55,775 nucleotides of DNA from Catajapyx aquilonaris (GCA_000934665.2 JYFJ02000634.1:62001-117775), one strand, 5' to 3'; positions 1-14,757 are shown, counted from the stretch's first letter. The notes: generated by a model not told the origin, from the sequence alone. Program-made: numbers and translations.

Positions 1-200
1 GCTCGCCATCATCATTATTACTTGGGCCAGAACAATGAACCAAGCATGTCGGAATAACACTCAATAACTTGTTTTAGAAATATGATAAAAGTATTCAACA
101 TGAATGTTAAAATGATTAGTCACGATGAAGAATACAAATCGGATTATTATGACCTGCAACTGACAAGTTATGCAGTTTACAATGACATGCTACGATTATA

Positions 201-407
201 CAGGGTGGTCCAAGTTCAAGTGTCGTTTTATAACGGCGATTAATAGCAGTGATTTTGCAATGACGTAGCAGCGACGCGTAAAATGTCCCACTTCGGCGCA
301 TCTTCGGCGCAATCGAAGTGGGCAATTTTACACGTCGCTGCTACGTCATCGTTAGGCGCTTCTATTAATCGCCGTTATAAAACGACACTTGCACTTGGAC
401 CACCCTG
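201..407. mobile_element. Tc1/mariner-type MITE (copy 1)
   Basis: Terminal inverted repeats CAGGGTGGTCCAAGT...ACTTGGACCACCCTG, TA on both flanks, almost fully palindromic; near-identical copy at 37387-37581. Confidence 0.85.
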
Positions 408-2539
408 TATAACAAAACTGATTTTTTTTTGCAGTAATATCTGGTTAAACCAAACGCTTTAAAAAATAAGTTCCTTTATGTAGCCATCGTTAGTGAAAGT
501 GCTCGTTTCGCTTTTAAAAGGCAAATCTAATCCCGCTAATATTATGATATTTTGGCGACATCCGCTGTGTTCAAATTAAACAGTATATACGTGGCGGTTA
601 GTTATTTCTGTCCCTAACTCGATTGTTTTTTAAGAAGCTACATTTGCACCGCTATTTTTAGAGAACGTCCGAATTATTGGCCGCTAATATTAGATCGAAC
701 GAGTTTACCATTTTAAACCAAAGCAGGAGTGTGGGCTATATGGGGAGCGGACCTCGGGTGCTACTGGGTCAAACGAGGTCACGAAAATAGAGAGGCTGCG
801 AATTGAACGCTTGAAATGGACATAATATTTTGAACGCTTCGAAAATACCTACAGAATAATCCCCTATTCGTGTTGTGTATATATGCTGCACGTGTTGTAC
901 AGCCAAACGGGGGTGTAAAATCAGTTTGAAACAAATATTTGCGCAAATATTTATCTCCCGCTTTGAACCCGAGCCAATCGCGTATTTATCCTCCCCACAC
1001 AAAAAAGAGAGCATAAAACCCGGGTTAAATTTAGACCACATGGAAATATTTCTCTCGCCCATTGAACTCCAAGCGACGGGCAGACACAAAGCTGACCATT
1101 TCGACCACCGGTAATTCGGGATGGCCCGACCTCAAATCCTGGTCGCTGATTGGGCCAGTGGCCAACAGCGACAAGGTCACCAGGTCACTGGCGAGAAAAG
1201 GGTGTTAAGTACCGAGCTACGTTGCCAAAGGTCGGTCCCAAAGATAGGACCAGTCCACCTGAGAGGAACCGGGTGCTCCGCTACTCGGCCGAGTTGAGAT
1301 TTTTTTTCATCTTAGAGTTTCCGCAGTATGTGAGAGGCAGCAGATGGCGGCTCATTTGGAGAGTAGGTAAAGCAGCAGAAGCAGCAGGCCCAGCCAACCT
1401 GCATGCCTACCTCACACAGATCGATGCCATCGATTCCAGGCCCCCAGCACCAACTCTCTCTATACCCCTGGCCAGGAAAAGCAGTTTGAGCCAGGAAAAG
1501 CAGTGTTGTAAAAGACAAAAGATATGTGCATCCAATGGTTCGGCCCCATTACACGACAGCTCATCCGACTATTTCCAGGGACCTTCTCATGGCAACCCTC
1601 GAAATAGTTTGGATTCCACAGGATCTGGCAACAAGTGGGGGGCTATCAGTCTATAAAAAACAACAGCGCTATCTCTCCATGTCGCGGTAATAGCTACCGG
1701 CATGCGGCTCATTAATTAATTAGCGGGGAAGGGACTGGATTCCAACCATTGTTATTTAGGTTGAAGGGTTTCGGGTTGCCATTACCCCAGGGCATGGACA
1801 CGCCCTGTCTCGTTACATATTTTTAAACAAAAATTAAATTCGCGGCACGGAGTTGACACTAGGGAGAAAAAAAGGGGTGGGGCACATATGTTGCAGAAAA
1901 GCTATAGTCCTTCTTAGTTGATAAGCAGCTACAGGCGCTGCCATTTGGCTGGTGGCGGTCTCAGCAGCGTGTATGTTCCATTCACGAGTAGTTGAGATCA
2001 ATCATAAGGTTAGGGCCTTTCACCCCCCTTGATTGGCTGATCCATCAATCCATCCATCCAAACTCCATCAATCGATCGGAATCCAATCGGATGGATGCAG
2101 CTAGGGAACACCATCAGATAGAGAAAGGGCGTCAAATCCTGGAATGTCTGTAGCCTTCGTTTCATCAACACTCGGCTCGATCTTTTCTACTCTGGCCTTT
2201 TTTTGGTCGCAATCTCCTCCCCCACCTGCCCCATTTTCTCCACTTTTTCTCCCCCTCCCCTTGGCTTCCTGCAAGAAACGAGCGAGGAGGATTTGCGGCC
2301 AGATTGAGGGCCGCCTAAAAGAGAATGGGGTTTAAAAGGGAGCCAGAGGAACAGTTTCGGGGGCTCCTTTTACGACCTCTTTATACGTATGGGACCTAAC
2401 ACCACCTTGCCCCGCCTCCTTTTATCGGCCTCCTGCCATTGGCACCCTGGTCATTCAGACACCATCTGCTATTGGCTCATTAGCCACTGGCTAAGAATCA
2501 CGCGACCAATAGGGACGCAAATGGTCGAGGGACCTGCTG

Positions 2540-2850
2540 ACTAACCCTGATCGTCTGGCAACGCTGGTCATTCCGAATCATCTGGTAACCCTGTTCATCT
2601 GGTTACACTGGTGACTGATCATCTGGTAACCCTGATCGTCTGGCAACTCTGGCCATTCCGGATCATCTGGTAACACTGTTTATCTGGACGCATTGGCAAC
2701 TGATAACCCTGTCATCTGGTAAGCCTAGCAACTGATAACCTCGGTCATCTGGTAACACTTGCAAAACTGGTAACCCTGGTCTTCTGGTAACGCAGAAAAC
2801 TGGTAACTCTGGTCATCTGGTAACCCCAGCCATCCTGGCAACCCTGGAAC
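2540..2850. repeat. Degenerate minisatellite (CATCTGGTAACCCTG-like)
   Basis: Many imperfect copies of catctggtaac/ctggcaac; reverse-orientation remnants near 3070-3140. Confidence 0.7.
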
Positions 2851-4469
2851 GTGACTATACTGGACACGAAGCTCACTGGCAGCCATGACAGTTTAGGGCA
2901 ACTCTGTCTCGGGCGAGGTCTAGGGTGACTTAATAGTTATTGACTATTTCCTATCAATAATAATCTATTAATTCATAGTTGGTTTACATGACTGAAAATC
3001 ATGTCTCCTGTCCAACAATGAGTACCAATGGTCATCAGAACTTACGGCCGTATGTGTTCATGTTGGTCATGTGCCAGGGTTGCCAGGGCGGGTCAGGGTT
3101 ACCAGTATATCATGGTTGCCAGCGTGGTCAGAGTTGCCAGTTTGACAGATGACCGGGGATGCCAGTGTCCCTGGCCATGTCGGCTGGTGAGAAGACTAAT
3201 GAGCGGAGGCCCCATAGAGCAGGTTCCGTGCTAATCTATCCTGGCCGTACAGTGCGAGTCCAACCGGCGAGTAGTGTCCCCCAATTAGCAGCATCGCATC
3301 GGGGCCTGAGCTGGACGGCGCAATCAAGCCTGCCCTCCCAATTGGTGGGCTGTGTGTGTGGGTCACAAGGACGGGCCTATAAACGACTATCCCCCCGGCC
3401 GGACGCTGCTATGAATAATGCCCATAATAGCCTTCAACGGCTTCCCGCAAAACTCTCCCTCACGCGAAAAAAAGGCCAGAGAGAGAGAAACCTAAAAAAG
3501 TTAGGCCGAATAAAATCCTACAGTACTCTTAGCCAGATCAATGATATTCGGACAGTTCTTTGCAATGTCTGGCCACAGTCGGCCAAAATGTGAAGGCTCG
3601 CAATCAAGGAGATGGTGGTCTTAATTGGTGTCTGCGGCATCGACCCGCAGTCTTCCTCCCTTAGACGCCAATTAGCGCCCCCTTTGTTCGAGGACTCCCA
3701 GATGACGATAATTATTTCACCATAGCCTCGTTTCCACCTCAAAACTGCCATCGCTTTTATCTCTTCTCTCTCTCTCTCTCTCTGGCCGTATATACAGGTA
3801 GGTAAAGGCATGAGACCTGGCGGAATGAATGAACTAGTTCCCTTTGATCGAATCCCGATCATCGATCCCCTCTCGCTCCAGTGGCTGACTTGATCCGTGC
3901 CAGTTGCAGCTCTAAGCCTGGGCTCCATTGGCCCGGAGGCAGGGATGACACGGGGATGAGAGAGAGGTCCATAATCATCCTGTGTGGATAGGCAGGCAGC
4001 GAGGCGGTGTCTTCTTCCGGCACAACCTGTTGCCGGACTTGTTTGGCCTCCTGCCAGCCAGCTAGGGATGAATGTATTCAACCCCTAAAAACATGGGGTG
4101 GCCAAAGTGTCAGCGGCCCCCCCCCCCCACCCACTTGATCGGGGGTCCCTTAGAACGACCCCATCGCGTGAGAACAGATCGCCTCTGAAGCAACTGTTGC
4201 TCATCCCCCATTAAACACTGCCCTTTCACACCTCATTCAATCCTTCCGTTTCCCTCCCGTCTCCCCTTTTGTAATCAGAACCCGCCAATTTCCCGATATT
4301 TCCCGATTGTTTCTGCCATTTTTTTTGCCAATACGCGCGTGACCTCCCACTAATTCGTTCGTGATGTGGCTAGAAACGGCTCGTTCCGGGGCATCAGCTA
4401 CCTGTGATTGGACATATTGCACTGAAGTGAGTTTTATACTGCGTATTCCGGGGTACAATCCATTTGTGA

Positions 4470-5445
4470 TTGACTGATTGGCCATCAAGCCTTGGAATTA
4501 GCGTTTAATGACATGCGATTGGCCACAGTCTTGCCTTGAAGTGAGCTTTACAACGCGCAATCCGTGGTACAAACCAGGTGTGATTGGTTGGCAAGCCTGG
4601 AATAAGCGTTTGGTCGCGTGTGATTGTCCCGATCGCCCTATCAGGCTCGTTCTAGGGCACAATCCAAATGTGATTGGTCATCAAGCCCTATAATGAGCAT
4701 TTGGTGGCGTGTGATTGTCCCGATCGCCCTATCAGGCTCGTTCTAGGGCACAATCCAAATGTGATTGGTCATCAAGCCCTGTAATGAGCATTTGGTGGCG
4801 TGTGATTGACCAGATAGCCCTATCAGGCTCGTTCTAGGGCACAATCCAAATGTGAATTGGTCATCAAGCGGCCCTGGAATGAGCATGGCATGGAATTGGA
4901 CTCAACTCTGCCCTGAAGTTAGCTTCACAACGCGCATTCCTGGGCACCAGATAAGTGTGATTGGTCAGCAAGCCCAGGAACGAGCGTTTGGTAGCATGTA
5001 ATTGGTCAGATTTCCCTGTCAAGCTAGTTCCAGGTCACAATCTCAGTGTGATTGGTCAGGCGCATTCTGGGACACAATCCAAGTGTGATTGGTTATCAAG
5101 CCCGATAATGAGCGTTTCGTGGCATGTGATTGTCCACAGTCCGGCCCTGATGCGAGCTGTACAACGCGCGTTCCGGGGTACAAGCCAGGTGTGATTGGCC
5201 ATCAAGCCCAGGAATGAGCCTTTGGTGGCGTTTGATTGGCCAAAACACCCTGTCAAGTTAGTTCCAGGGCACAATATGTGTGATTGGTCATCAAGCCCCG
5301 GAATGAGCCTTTGGTGGCGTTTGATTGGCCAAAACACCCTGTCAAGTTAGTTCCAGGGCACAATATGTGTGATTGGTCATCAAGCCCCGGAATGAGCGTT
5401 TGGTGGGGTGTAATTGGCCAGAGCGCATAAGGCTCGTTCCAGGAC
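4470..5445. repeat. ~91-bp tandem repeat array
   Basis: Unit gtgattggtcatcaagccc...gggcacaatccaaat recurs at ~91-nt spacing (e.g. 4670, 4761), about 10 copies. Confidence 0.85.
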
Positions 5446-8400
5446 CCAAACCCTCCAGTTTTTTTTTTGTCGAAGAAAAGCAATATGTCGGGTTATTTCT
5501 GGCCGGCTGGAGCCTAATCGCGTGGGCGAGTGACGGCGGAACTAGTTTTCCCATTGAGCGAGGACACAAAAGGAAGCCGCCGATATATCTTCCCTTCCCT
5601 TCCTCTCCTGCTGCACCGGATTCCACATCAGTTATGCGGGCGTGCTTTTCAAGCCTCATTGCTCCTATCTCATCTCTCAGCCAGCCAGCCCACCACTGCT
5701 GCATGGCTCAAAGCTTTGACACAAAATCTTGTCAAAGAATTTTCATCCCTTTCTATATTGGTCGAGTGCGGCCACTCCATTTGGGACAAGTACTCCCCGT
5801 TACTCTTCGCAAATCCGATTTGATTGGCCCAAGTGGCCGGACTCGACCCAAAATGGAGCTGCCTATCAGCCAACCAAGACGACACATGTGTGAATCACTG
5901 TCGTTTGTACCTGGATTGGGGGAGAAAAAAGGTCGAGCTGACAGGAATTCCGTAAGACTCATTCCGCATCGAGTGAAGCAGCGGCCTTTGTCAGATCGAT
6001 CGGATGCAATCACTCGGTAAGAAGGAAGGAAGGAAGGACACGCCATTCCAGCAGAGGAGGGGGGGAAGAAAAAAAGAAGACGTGTTTCGGGGAATCTTGC
6101 CGGATTCCCTCGCTCCGGGCAGGACTCCAACAAATTTCCGGGGTGGGAAGAGGTCATCCAGATTCATGCGCCACACGAAATTAATCTCCAGCAATTAGTC
6201 GGGGATGGATGACCATTGCACGTCCCTCTAAAATGTGTGTCCGGAAGGATGGGAAGGAAGGAAAGGTCCATTAGGCAGCCCTTTCCATCCATCCTAGTCA
6301 GCCAAGGGGAGGAAATAAACACCCACTTGAAGCCCCATCCCAGCCACTCACTGGGTAAAATCCCTCCCCCACTCATTATTCTTCCTCGCTTCATTCCGGC
6401 CGCAGATTTAATTGCATTCCTACCAGCCTCGCAATATTATAATAGGTCAAAGGTCGCAACCACGCTCTTATAATGTGAAGGTATAAAAACTTCTCCTATC
6501 GCGCGTGCCCTTATCAGCTGTAGGGAGGGGGGTTTCCGCTTCGGCGCTGGTGTAGTGTGTGGCGATCCTGGTGGCGGACGAAGCCTCCCAAACGGCTTGT
6601 ATTTGAACTAATGGTTTGGGAGACTTGGTACACCAACGCCAAAGCCACACAGGTACAGCGCGGGTGTCTCCATAAGGTTGGTGTAGGAGTATCGGTTGCT
6701 GGGATGAATAATCAGTGCGTGGGGATTGAACCAGCCTTGTATACAGCAGATAGGGGCTTATGTTGTTAGGGAGTTTCCTTTGTAAAGTCTTGTTTGTTCA
6801 TCCAAGCGACCCCCGCCTGTCTCCCGGGGTGACTTTGAGCGGCGGGTGGGGCATAGAATGCCTGCATAGAGCTAGCTGCATGTATGCCCGCTCTACCGGA
6901 AAGAATAGATAATGAGCAGTGGGGCTTTGCAGAGAGAGTACACCTGACTTTCGATGTACTGTACAGTGCAGGGGAGGGGGGTGGGGGAACTGTCGAGCTC
7001 CGCCTAAAAACTACGCAGTATAATCAGCTAAGGAACAGACAACAACCGGGTTAAGCTCCGACCTAATACACAAGCCTGGGTGCCTGGGCTTGTAACATAA
7101 CCAATCTGGTGAATGGATTGCCGGATCAGACAAGGCTAGGGGGGCGGCAGGTGTCAAAAACACGGGAGAAATATTGGAAGCGAAGCCTGCCAATGGGGAA
7201 ATTACCGGCTGCCATATTTCTGTGCCCTACATAACAAGTCTACTCACTCGATTGGCTCGTTCATCAAATCACTGCAATAATATCTATATATAAAAGAGAA
7301 AGTCAGTCCGGATATGGCGCAATGTGACGTCAATTGTGATTGGCTGTGTCCACTTTACGATTCCTCTCACTTTTTCAGATATCGTGAATTTCCCTTTTAT
7401 ACTATAAGTGTAATACTAGCACGGGAATCGATCTAGTTATCGAGTATATGAAAGTTCACAAAATATGCTTGTCCTCAAATTTGGTTTTTGGTACTTTTTG
7501 AACATACCGCGCCATTTCAGCAACGCCATCTATGATGCATAACCGGATGCGCCAGCCTCCAATTAGGCCCCGCCAGCTAACGCCATCCGTGGCGTATACC
7601 TGAACTACCAGAACAACCTCTCCCCTCACATACACCAAAATCTTAAAATGTGGGCATTTAAACTTTTAAAGATGCAGTTTTCGGCAGGTTTGCCATCAGT
7701 GTGCTAAGTGTCAGTGCTCTCAGAGGTGTGGAAGTGAGTTAGGTAGCCCGGTTATTCCCGTTTATTATGAAAGATTTGGAAATATTATTCTCCTGTTAGT
7801 AAATAAATAAAAACCCGGGTTTAAATCCTTATTTCCTGGCTGGACTGTAACTGGTAGCCTCGAATTGAATTTGCAGCATCAGCATCAGGTAGTTGGCATC
7901 ACCCTGTAGCTTTTATCCCCCAGCAGGGAGCCAAAGAGTGGCGGGCCATAAAAATGAATAAGTCAGGCGTCCAATCAGTTGGCTTCACATCAAATGGGCC
8001 CTTTTTTACTATTATTTTCTGCGCTGCCAGGACCCTTTTAAACGCACCTGGGAAGTGGCGAGAAATCTTGCGCTAAATAGTCCCAAAAACTAGTCATAAA
8101 CACCATCGATAAGCGCATGGCAACACACTTCCCTGGAAAATCCATCAAACTGAATCCGTAGCAACGGAAACAAAAGCCACAGGCTGATTGTCTTAACGAC
8201 ACTGGACATTTTAGGGTTGCCACGCGTCTGTTTTATTGGCTCACGATAGCAATCGCCGCTTCAGACAACTGCATAACTATTCATTCCCCCGAAAGAACCA
8301 GTCAAAATGGAACTAAATCGACATATCTTGCAGGTCCTGGATAAAAGGGCCGGATTTTACGCGCCATTAATGTCGCTTAAAAAGTGAGTTTACTCGCTGA

Positions 8401-11039
8401 ATGATTTAAAAAGTGCTACGCGGCAGAAAGAAAAACAAGCTTCATTCCCAAAAAAGAAAAGTTTTCTCCGTAAAGAACTGTTCGGAGAAGTGAACTCCGG
8501 TTGATATACTCCCGAGTTGCAACTCGACTTACTCCAAAGTGACATTTCAAAAAAGAAAAGTTTCTGGCAGCCATCCGAACAGGGACCGGATTCTCCTCGA
8601 CTTTTTTTATTTTTGTCTGTCTTCGAGTTGCTTAAGCGGAAAAAGAGACCAACAGGTTTAGCACTCGGGTCACTTTTTTATTATACTGTGCAAGGATCAA
8701 GTTTACCACTTCTCAAGACGTGGGGTCGGAGAGGTTCTGGACCGGAAAAGGCGCAAAAAAATGTCAAAAACTGCAGTCCCAAGAAGAAACGCTCTACCTC
8801 CAGAAACCAGGAGATATGGTGTTTCTTCTTGGGACTGTAGTATTCAAGAAACTGGACTCGCTCCGGACCCGGTCCACTTTGTCCTTGATCCGGGAAGCTG
8901 GCGACGACAACGCAAGAAGAGAGGTCCGCACGAGCCAAAAGCAATTTGGCAGTAGTTGCAACGCAGCGCACTATACATTGATTGCGATTTAATAAACACT
9001 GCAGCAAATTCCGCGCAATTTGCGCCACTCGCTTTTACTCGTAACGATTTACCAGCTGACCCTTTCAACAAACAGTTCACAGTTCATAAGGTCACCACTT
9101 TAACACTCTTTGTTCTTCAATAGTAGAAAACCCCTCGCTTTTTAGGGCGCAGGCCTAGAAAGCCACTCGCTTTTAGCTCGCTTCTTTTTATAGGCCTGCG
9201 GCCTGCGGTGGTGGAGGACGTATTGTTAATTGCCGTCCCAAAGGACATTCTAGGATGCACCTCCCATTTTCAACTTTCCATGAAATTACCTCAACAATAT
9301 GAGCAAACAGTGTCGACGAAAGGGCACTGTTTACTCGTATTGTTGTCTGAGGGGGCCAATCGGAAGTGTCGCTGTAACAATACAAACAACGAAAGATTTA
9401 AATGTTGTAGATTAAACAACCAAGAGCGTCGATTATTGTTCGCAATCCATTTAATCTGATATCAGCTAATACATCAGCCCCATATAAATATCCGAGATTT
9501 TGCAATTTTGGCAAGTTGTCTGCGAAAAGTGCAATATTGAATGCAATTTTTTTGTGGCACTTGCAAAAGGCAAAATTTTGCAGTCGTGATCCGACCTTTT
9601 AATCAATTTTGGATCGCGTGCAATGTTGTCTACTGCAATAACAGTACTTGACGTGGACATCGCTTGATCCCAACCAGTGTTTCGCAATCATCCATCAAAA
9701 GTCTATGGGCATATCAGCAGCTATGAGAAACAATGTGTGCTAATACATCGCCACTAATTAACAATACTGTCATCTCTATACAGTACTTATAAACGTGAAA
9801 GTTTGTACACATATTCGCCAATTTTCTTTCGTACCGGTTCTATAACTTTTGCTTACCTTCCTGCCGTCGCAAGGGTCGTTGTCGAGTGACGGTGTTTGGG
9901 ATGATTGGGCGCAGAATCACCCCCCAAACACCGTCATCCGGCAACGACCCTTGCGGCAGGAGGGTAAACAAAGAGTCGCGGACACCACACGGATAGAGTG
10001 CGACAATCTTTTTGTGTGTTATAGTACAAGCGACTCTTTTAATTAATTTTCCTATTTCCGTTACGTTTTCGGTGACGTCCACGTTTCACGTTGTCATGTC
10101 GATTGCGCTCTTGAGATGTCCCAGCTCTGTACGTACCTCCCCAATCGATCAAAGCGTCTATCGGTTTTACGATGGTTGAGAGCGCAATTGATTGCTCCAA
10201 TTGGATTGTCTCTCCCTTCTTTTATGGGATCCTATCCGATTAAGGAATCCGGATAGAGACACAAGGAGTCGCGTGCCATGCGTGTGACCCAGGTCACGTG
10301 CGCACACACATGTGTATGTGTAATGATACTGCTGCGCTCTCTCTCTGTATGTACCTCGCGTGAGAAGGCTTATCCTCCGGGGGACGAGCGACATTTCCAC
10401 TATCGATCCTCGGGTACTATGCATGTAATAGCCTCTAACGGAGCAGGAGGGGTTGGAAGAGTGTCCCCCACACGCACCAGCACGCATCTTCACACTTGGT
10501 ATAGCGCTGAATGAAATGCGTGAACCCGAGTTGGCAACACCGTCCGCCTAAAATTAAACCCCTGTTTCCCAAAGCGCCAGAGCAGCACACGCCCACATAT
10601 CCGGCTCAGAATCAATGTTTTTTCAACCGTCCGTAACATATGTGCGTAAGTGCAAGTACTTACCGGTAATTGTAGGCACAGTGGTGTTGGATATGACTTG
10701 GTTTCCTGGTTAATGGTTAGGGGGGGACTTGTGTGGTTGAGTCCGGGTCCTGCTGGGGCTCCGGCTCGATTCAGACTCTGGCCAGCTAGGCCACCTCGCC
10801 TCTTGTTTATCCTCGGCCAACGGCGGCGCTGCTGACGACGCTGACGACGCCGACGACGCTCAAAGGGCGGCGGCGCACTCCCCTCCCTCCTTCCTTCCCT
10901 CAGGAGAGAGATAGCTGTAACCAAATTACACGATGGGTTGCCCACCTGCAGGCTGTTTCAAAATGCATGCCAGGGAGACGCCAACGACGCCGCAGACGCC
11001 ACAGACGCCGACACACACAACTGTACACTAGGAAGAAAC

Positions 11040-12025
11040 AAAAGTTGCGGGCTTAGCCCCGCAATGAGCATTGCCACGCTCGATCCAGGGCATATTTAGT
11101 TTCGCCGTGCTCATTCCAGGGCCGCAACTGGTGACGTCACAAATTTCTATTACCATCTTGCTTACATTACTTGCAGCTCATTCCAGGGACAAAGGTTTAA
11201 GCCGCGTTTACATGCGAGCGATTTTATCAGCGATATTGCACCGATATGACATCGCTCGCAATTGTTTGGGGCGAAAATATATATTGTTGCCACGATTGTT
11301 AATTTCGCTCAGCAATGTCATCGCTGCAACATCGCTGATCAAATCGCTCACATGTAAACGGGGCTTTACATTGGTAAGAAACAAAAGTTGTGCGCTTAGC
11401 CCGGTAATACGCATTGCCACGCTCGCTCCAGGGCATATTCGGTCTGATCATGCTCATTTCGGGGCCGCAACTGATCACGGTGTAAGCAAGATGCCAGAAT
11501 TGTGACGTCATCAGTTTCAGCCCTGGAGTGAGCATGACCTGATCGAATTGGCCCGGGACCGAGCCAATTGCTGCTCTCTCAATAATTGGTTCGCTCCTGG
11601 GCCCATATATTCGATTTGATCGTGCTCATTCCAGGGCCGCAATTGGTGACGGTGTAAGAAATTTACCAACGAATATTTTCCATTGTGACGTCACTAGTTA
11701 CGGTCCTGGAATGATCATGACCAAAACGAATGGGCCCCAGAGCGAGCCTTTGATGCCGTCTGTAAGATTAGCACTGAGGCGGTCCTCGAACAGACAGCGG
11801 GTGAGTAAGACACGCCCTGAGCTGTCAAGATCTGTCAACAATACCTGTCAGTTGACAACCTGACAGTCGTGCCGACTGGCCAACAATATACTATCAATAA
11901 GCTCGTTCCGGGGCCCATTCGATCTGGTCATGCGCATTCCAGGGCATGTACTGGTGGTCACCATGGAAAATTTCTGTTGTCATCTTGCTTACATTCTTTT
12001 TCCGCTGTAGCTCATTCCAGGGCCT
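11040..12025. repeat. Degenerate repeat cluster (gctcattccagggccgcaactggtgacg)
   Basis: Motif recurs in both orientations at ~11110, 11175, 11450, 11625, 11935 and 12010. Confidence 0.55.
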
Positions 12026-13327
12026 GTGTCATGCGACAGGTCTTCAGGATGTAGAAATCGCACTATAAATCGACTGTCTGTCTGTCTGTTTATCCGGAGT
12101 GATCACCTCAACCGGTAGTACCACTAACCCTTGCACAGGTAGGGCGTACTCCCTTTCACCACGCGAAGGATGAGCCATCTATACGAGAGGAAACTACGCG
12201 GAAGTTGAGGTGATGACTCACCCCGGACAAATAGTAATCAGCTTTGCTCAGTTTAAGCAAGGGGTTCACAGCGATTCCCTAATTAGGACAGATACGAGAT
12301 AAATTAGTCGGGCGAATGTGTCCCGCACGTTCATTACTGATACCGTATCTGCGCCTGATACGGTGCGCAAGGTGGCAGGACCTGATTTTCTGCCGCCAGT
12401 GTTGCCAGGCCCGGAGGGAAATAAACTCTGGGCTACCTACGCAATACTTTCAAACATTTAACACCGATTTATTATTTACTGGAATCTCCGAGAGCAACGT
12501 GCACAGAATGAGCCACAAGGCATTACCACATTGGTATACAACGTGATCAAAAATTTAGTCCATTGACTCTCGCTTCAAGGGTGCCAACACACATGGGGGG
12601 ACAACTGGACCCGATCTAGACCCAGATCAGTTGAACCAGCATTGCTTACACGGACTAGATGTTGACATCACATGGTCAATCAGTGTCCGGTCTAATAGTG
12701 GACAGGCTCCAGTTCACGTGTGAATGGCCACCCTAGAGACACATTGTCATCAAAATATTCGCACCTCCGAATATTTGCGGTTACGCCCATAAGCGGCGCA
12801 CTTCAATTCTGCAAAAAGTAATTACGACACACCGGATGTAATTACTCCTAAGAACACACCCTGATGTCCCACGAGACAGTGTCACATCTGGGACGGGACA
12901 CCGCCCTCCTGTCCCGATCAGGGTGTAATTAAATGCCATTTTAATTATGAAAAGATAGTGTTAGATTTTTTTAACGAGAGCAACCGAGTGCGCACTACAC
13001 TCGCGCAAGTCCATTGAAAACAAAGTTGCCACAGTTATTCCTCCTGGGTCAAATTCACACCGTGGCAACGTCGGAAAAGCCGGCCAAGCGTAGGGTTGGA
13101 AACAAGTGCCGCGCTTGTTTAGCAGCATCTGCAGAGAGCTTACCAGCTATTACTGATAATTCCAACCATGAAAGTTGTGCGAACTGTGTTGCGCATTTGG
13201 TTGCGCTCATTTAAAAATTCATTTATAGTCACCTCTGCTAAGTCATGCTTTTGCAATCAGACGCGCTCGAGATGTGAGTGAACCACGTCTCGAGCGAGTC
13301 TACATGCATATACTGTAGTAGGACCAC

Positions 13328-13609
13328 CGAAGCAGGTTGGCATAGTGGATAAGGCGTCCGACTGCTAATCGGGAGGTCCTGGGTTCGAATCCCGGGGCCG
13401 GCAACTCTGACCGTGGTTTTCTGTGGTTTCCCACGGTCCTTCCAGGAGAATTCCGGAGTTGCTTCCGTAATTAATAAGACACAGCCGCTTCCTTCCGTCC
13501 CTGTCCTATCCTAAAAAGCAAAGTAAAATGAAAAAGCAAAGAGTTCCAGTCAAAACAAAACTTCCCCCCTAAAGAGCCGATAGGCTGATAACGGGGTGTG
13601 AATTATTAT
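13328..13609 (+). mobile_element. tRNA-derived SINE with 19-bp target-site duplication
   Basis: A-box (tggcatagtgg), anticodon-like arm ccga-ctgctaa-tcgg, B-box ggttcgaatccc, (ATT)n tail; tatactgtagtaggaccac duplicated at 13309-13327 and 13610-13628. Confidence 0.9.
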
Positions 13610-14756
13610 TATACTGTAGTAGGACCACTTTCAGAAAAGGACGTGACGTATGCTTGTGACGCTTCATAAAGCACCAATCAGAGGCACGATCAGGAATACT
13701 TGAAGCTCCTTGGGCAAGAGGGGGAAGATCGTGCCTCTGATTGGACCATCATTAAACGTCATATTACGTCACGTCCCTTTCTGAAAGTGGTGATACTTTT
13801 AGTATACAGTGCTGGGCATTTCTGGTGTCGTACTGGTGGCGCCACGAGCCAATGGCGGCATAAAAATATTATTCATCAATTCCATTCGCTCTCTTGCCGC
13901 CATCAGTACGACACCATTACAAGCCATAGGATGCTGCCATCTCTGCTTAGAGTTGTGGCAGGGAGGCAACCAGATGGCCCGGCCCGAAAAAAATAATTTG
14001 GCAATTGCCTAGAACGATAAAGATTGTTGTCTAGACCGCGACGTTGCGACATTTGACATGCGACGTCCAGAGAATTGTCTGCTGCTTTATTGTATGCGAT
14101 GGATGGCGAAACAATATACCTGCATGAAGAGAAGGTTGCTGATCGATCTCCACCTCTACAATCTATAAATACTGCAGGGGGGGAGGTGATGGGCAGAGTG
14201 GGTGGAGGGACAGACAAACTCATCGTGTCGTAAAAGTCAGGTGTCGGAAATAAAAGGAGCGGACATCCTCCTTATGATCTTATCCGGCACTGGGAGAGTC
14301 GCAGAGAGTAGTAAGGTGGCAGACTTGAAATTAGCCTCCAATAGAGGATCTGTTGTGGCCCTGCCAGGCACGGTTCGTCGCCCATTGTGGGGCTTGAATC
14401 CGCCAACAATACGGTCCTAATTGTAAGCCGAGGCCAACGAACGTTATTGTGGCTATGGCAATAAATCCTCGCTCCTTTCCGCGACTGTACATTTTTGGTG
14501 ACGTCTATTTCCCATGGAGTGTGACAGACACAGATTGTGATTGGGGCTAAATGACTCGTTCCAACGAGTTGACATTATCTCGGTTTCGTTGCACAGAAAA
14601 AAAGTGTCCGGAACATTTTTTTGCGCGTGGCTTATCGAACGTGTCCGGTTTGTCCCCTCTAGGGAAGGACAGAGTAGAAATAATAAATGGGCGCAATGAA
14701 AGCCCCCTGATGGCACCCTCTTGGATTTATGGCGTTTTCTCCTTCCCTCCCCTGCC

Positions 14757-14757
<1 letters not shown>

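Noticed and set aside
13330..13405. tRNA-Ser(GCT) gene
   Set aside because: No long variable arm, poor acceptor stem, and it continues into a SINE body with tail and TSD.
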